Shown: positions 60,069 through 64,000 of the stretch, piece by piece | Position numbering within the stretch: the first letter of the stretch is position 1 | Layout: each line of letters starts with the position of its first letter | Origin: Octopus sinensis | Taxonomy: Eukaryota | DNA length: 64,000 nt | NCBI RefSeq assembly: GCF_006345805.1 | Contig: NC_043004.1 | Span: forward strand, 91,946,001-92,010,000 | Direction of reading: 5' to 3' | The notes under the pieces: model-generated | What the model saw: only the letters and a program-made list of their open reading frames with translations | Told to the model about the DNA's origin: nothing | The model's database searches: none | Position numbers and translations under genes: made by a program

Positions 60069-60629
60069 GCCTGTTGTTGTTGTTGTTGTTGTTGTTGTTG
60101 CTGTTATTTTATTATGAATGTGAGCGGTGAATTGAAAAATCGTAAGAAAGTCGGAGATGAGCTTCCGATAGTTGTTTCGCCCCTTTAAGTTCTCAGCTAA
60201 AATCAGGTCGAAGTCAACTTTACCCTTCCTCTCTCTCTCTCTAGGGTTGACAAAATTAAACACTCGTCAAATATTGGACTCAATATAATCGACAAATATC
60301 TTGCTCAAATTACAGGTAGTGTGTGCATGTTAGAATCAATTATTATGGACATAATGGAAGAAATAATTCAGAGGTAAGTTGATGGTGAATGCCATGGGTG
60401 GTTTCGTAGTCTTTGAGCTGTCACTTCTGAACAGTAGAAGCACACATGACCTTACAAACGAAACGAGATACTCAAGTGATTTCATGAGTTACATCTATTT
60501 GATTGAAAAGTGAACTGACATTTAAGAATTATATACCGGATTGTGTGCCTCTAGAAATCTCAGAAGTATGTTAGCATGTGCAAATACTTGAAGCATGTGT
60601 ATGTATGCGTATGTGTGCGTGTATAAAAG

Positions 60630-60664
<35 letters not shown>

Positions 60665-60679
60665 TATTATATATATATA

Positions 60680-61082
60680 GGAGGAGTGGCTGTGTGGTAA
60701 GTAACTTGCTAACCAACCACATGTTCCGGGTTCAGTCCCACTGCGTGGCATCTTGGGCAAGTGTCTTCTACTATAGCCCCGGGCCGACCAATGCCTTGTG
60801 AGTGGATTTGGTTGACGGAAACTGAAAGAAGCCTGTCGTATATGTATATATTATATATATATATATAATATATATATATATATGTATGTGTGTATATGTT
60901 TGTGTGTCTGTGTTTGTCCCCCCAACATCGCTTGACAACCGATGCTGGTGTGTTTACGTCCCCGTAACTTAGCGGTTCGGCAAAAGAGACCGACAGAATA
61001 AGTACTGGGCTTACAAAGAATAAGTCCCGGGGTCGAATTGCTCGACTAAAGGCGATGTTCCAGCATGGCCGCAGTCAAAAGA
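60680..61082 (+). mobile_element. SINE family C, full length
   Basis: Same as 32645-33052. Confidence 0.88.
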
Positions 61083-61351
61083 GTATACATACCTATATGC
61101 ATACATCCATCCATACATAAGTGTGTGTGTGAGTGTGTATGTATGCATGTATATCCCTGATCAATCAGAAAAATAAACAAAGATATTTCTGTTCATGACC
61201 GTCCCGTCTTTATTTAATTGCATTTCGGTTTACATTCTTTAATGCGTCCTTCTCTTTTAAGATAGAGTACGAATAAAAAGAGATTTGACTACTATTTCTA
61301 GTAAACTGGATGAACTATTAGAGTATCCCTTGTTTGCTCATATGCTTAGTC

Positions 61352-61387
<36 letters not shown>

Positions 61388-61441
61388 GCTAGCTAGCTAT
61401 CTATCTGTCCCTCTCCTCCTCTCTTGCTCTCCCTCTCTCCG

Positions 61442-61480
<39 letters not shown>

Positions 61481-61481
<1 letters not shown>

Positions 61482-61590
61482 GCCTGCTCGCTTAGCCAGC
61501 GGGGTGGCGTCGTTCGAAGGCTAAAACAATGCAAACGCATTGTGACCAGCGATGTGTAGCAACATCTGATGGTCTGGTCGGTCACGTGAT

Positions 61591-61598
<8 letters not shown>
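61481..61598. repeat. ~118-bp multi-hairpin repeat embedded in (TA)n, copy 2
   Basis: Flanked by (TA)n on both sides; three inverted-repeat pairs and a terminal 16-bp palindrome. Confidence 0.75.
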
Positions 61599-61642
<44 letters not shown>

Positions 61643-62874
61643 TAAATAAAAATATTGCATACATACAAACATATATGTACGTACCTACATCTACATGTAT
61701 ATATTACATGCATATATAAATAATTATACGGAAGTACAGGACATCACAATAAGACGTAGAAACAGAAAAAGCCAAAAAACAAAAACAAGAAACGGAAAAC
61801 AAACGAAAACCAATACAAGGACAGGTTACACAAGGACAAAACCCCCGTCATCAGCTGTCGCTAGAGGAGTCAGGCATGTTTCGAAGGCATAACAGAACAC
61901 TAATCCAATAGGCCTTCCTGCGAGAGAATTAAATAAATTTCAAGCAGCGGGGCACAATGAGTACGAACACAAACAGACGTAACAATAATACTAGCAAAAT
62001 TAAATACATGTACAAAAACAAACACAAGAAGGACGAACGAAAAAGCCCTTTTTTCTGGCATAGACAAACAATAAAACTGCAAAAATAAAAATACATGTAG
62101 AAAAAGTACAATTAGTTACAAAACGAGAAAATAACAAGAATACTATACAGGAAATTAACCACACAAGGGGACGAACGAAGAAGCCTTTTTGCTGGCAAGG
62201 ACGAAAGTGTAGTAGCAGCGCGTGGAGGCAGTCTTTTCAATAGTGGTAACCACATGTATGTATATAAATGTGTGTGTGAGGGGAAGAAAATATATAGTTA
62301 GCTAGACCAACGAAAAAATATATTTAGGATATATCTATAAATATTGTACGTGTACATTTATGAGTGTGTGTGTGTATGTGTGTGTACACGTGTGAGTATA
62401 TGTTTGTGTTTATGTCGTATATGCACGCAAGCGTTTGTACGTATATGAATAGGTGTTTATATTTGTTCACGTGAAATTCTCTTGGGACATATTGCTTTGC
62501 GTTGCGTGTATATGCATGTGTGAGAGAGTGTTTATACGTGTGAGCTAGTGAGTGTGTTTGTGTTGAATTGTTCAGGGTCCTTCCAGTAATGTAAAACCGA
62601 ACTCTTTAGAAAGAGCCACAGCTGAATAAAACATTGTCGCCTGCTTTCTGTTTAATCAACGTCAACAGAACCATTGGTAACCAAGGCTGTTGCATCGAAT
62701 ATGCCAAATATAGCGGACTGTTAGCGAGGAGGTTGTTTCTTGTTTAGCCCCAGGTCAGTACAAACCTGCTAGACTTATGTTAATTCTAACCACATCCTTC
62801 CAGTAATTTCCAATCTTTCATCTTACATTATATTATGTCCTTCCAGTTTCTTTTGTTTTTTTTATGTGATTTAA

Positions 62875-63255
62875 TTTTGTTTTACTTGTTTCAGTCATTT
62901 GACTGCGGCCATGCTGGAGCACCGCCTTTAGTCGAGTAAATCGACCCCGGGACTCATTCTTTGTAAGCCCAGTACTTATTCTATCAGTCTCTTTTTGCCG
63001 AACCGCTAAGTGACGGGGACGTAAACACACCAGCATCGGTTGTCAAGCAATGCTAGGGGACAAACACAGACACACAATCACACACACACATATATATATA
63101 CATATATACGACGGGCTTCTTTCAGTTTCCGTCTACCAAATCCACTCACAAGGCATTGGTCGGCCCGGGGCTATAGCAGAAGATGCCAGGCAGTGGGACT
63201 GAACCCGGAACCATGTGGTTGGTTAGCAAGCTACTTACCACACAGCCACTCCTGT
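62875..63255 (-). mobile_element. SINE family C, full length (further partial copies at ~54105-54262, 56165-56385, 63510-63670, 63840-63990)
   Basis: Sequence identity with the other family C copies. Confidence 0.85.
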
Positions 63256-64000
63256 TATTATTTTTTAACTTTTATTTTGTTTATTTTTGTTTTCTCCATC
63301 TCGTTTTTACCGTTCGATATCATTGTTCATCTCTTCTGATCTCCTAAGTTACGGAGGCATAAACACACCAAAAAGTACGAATTAAAAGAGATTTGACTAC
63401 TATTTCTAGTAATCTGGATTAACTATTAGAGTATCCCTTGTTTGCTCATATGCTTAGTTTATATCTATGTCTCCCTCTTTCTAGGTCTCTCTCTCCTCCT
63501 CTCTTTAAGTCTGGCTGTGTGGTAAGAACCTTCTTTCCCAACCACATGGTTTCTGGGCTCAATCCCACTGCATGACACCTTGGGTGTCTTCTACTATAGC
63601 CTCGGGCGGGCCCAAGCCTTGTGCGTGCGTATGTGTGTGTGAGAGAGAGAGAGAGTGTGTGTTTGTCTTCCCCACCACAACTTATCTGTCACCTATTCTT
63701 CAACCCATGAAAATCTAAAACGGGAGTGAATAAACATTTAAGAGGTCATGCATGGAAAGCTACAAATGCCATTGATAAGGAAGAACAAGGAAACAGTAAT
63801 CATCTGTGAAGATGGAGAAATCACAATTTATCTTTTATCTTTTATTTGTTTCAGGCATTAGTGCTGGGGCACCACCTTGAAAAACTTTTGGTCGAAAGAA
63901 TCGATCCTAGTGCTGGTTTTTTAAAGCCTAGTACTTATTTTAGCGGTCTCTTTTGCCGGACCGCTAAGTTACGGAGGCATAAGCACACCAAGTTTTAGTG

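Noticed and set aside
61481-61530. HDV-like ribozyme idea prompted by GGCTAA motifs
   Set aside because: The nested double-pseudoknot pairings (P1, P3, P1.1) could not be built; simple hairpins explain the motif.

Overview
Eukaryotic, AT-rich window dense in transposons and microsatellites. It is very likely cephalopod (Octopus-like), inferred from the recurring tRNA-headed SINE families and the repeat landscape. No host protein-coding gene is supported; nearly all listed ORFs are microsatellite or transposon artefacts. The dominant feature is a young Neptune-type Penelope-like retroelement (PLE; RT + GIY-YIG) at 41.15-46.34 kb. It is arranged head-to-head as a palindrome with ~1.89-kb arms, has an 811-codon RT-EN frame, an overlapping upstream frame joined at an in-phase U UUU UUA heptamer, and a type I hammerhead ribozyme (HHR) motif with a compensatory U3-A8 core in each 3' UTR. 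Reading both strands gave nine well-formed HHR motifs in five sequence contexts (4.1, 15.7, 16.2, 17.7, 18.5, 37.8, 41.3, 46.2, 49.5 kb) plus degenerate ones, mostly at termini of elements embedded in (TA)n. Also present: R4/Dong-like REL LINEs in (TAA)n, one abutting a 4.8-kb (TAA)n array; an (ATAC)n-flanked REL LINE; RTE and CR1 LINE fragments; mariner derivatives; Helitron-like non-autonomous elements; and four modular SINE families with TSD-bounded chimeras. All calls come from manual reading and none were database-verified.
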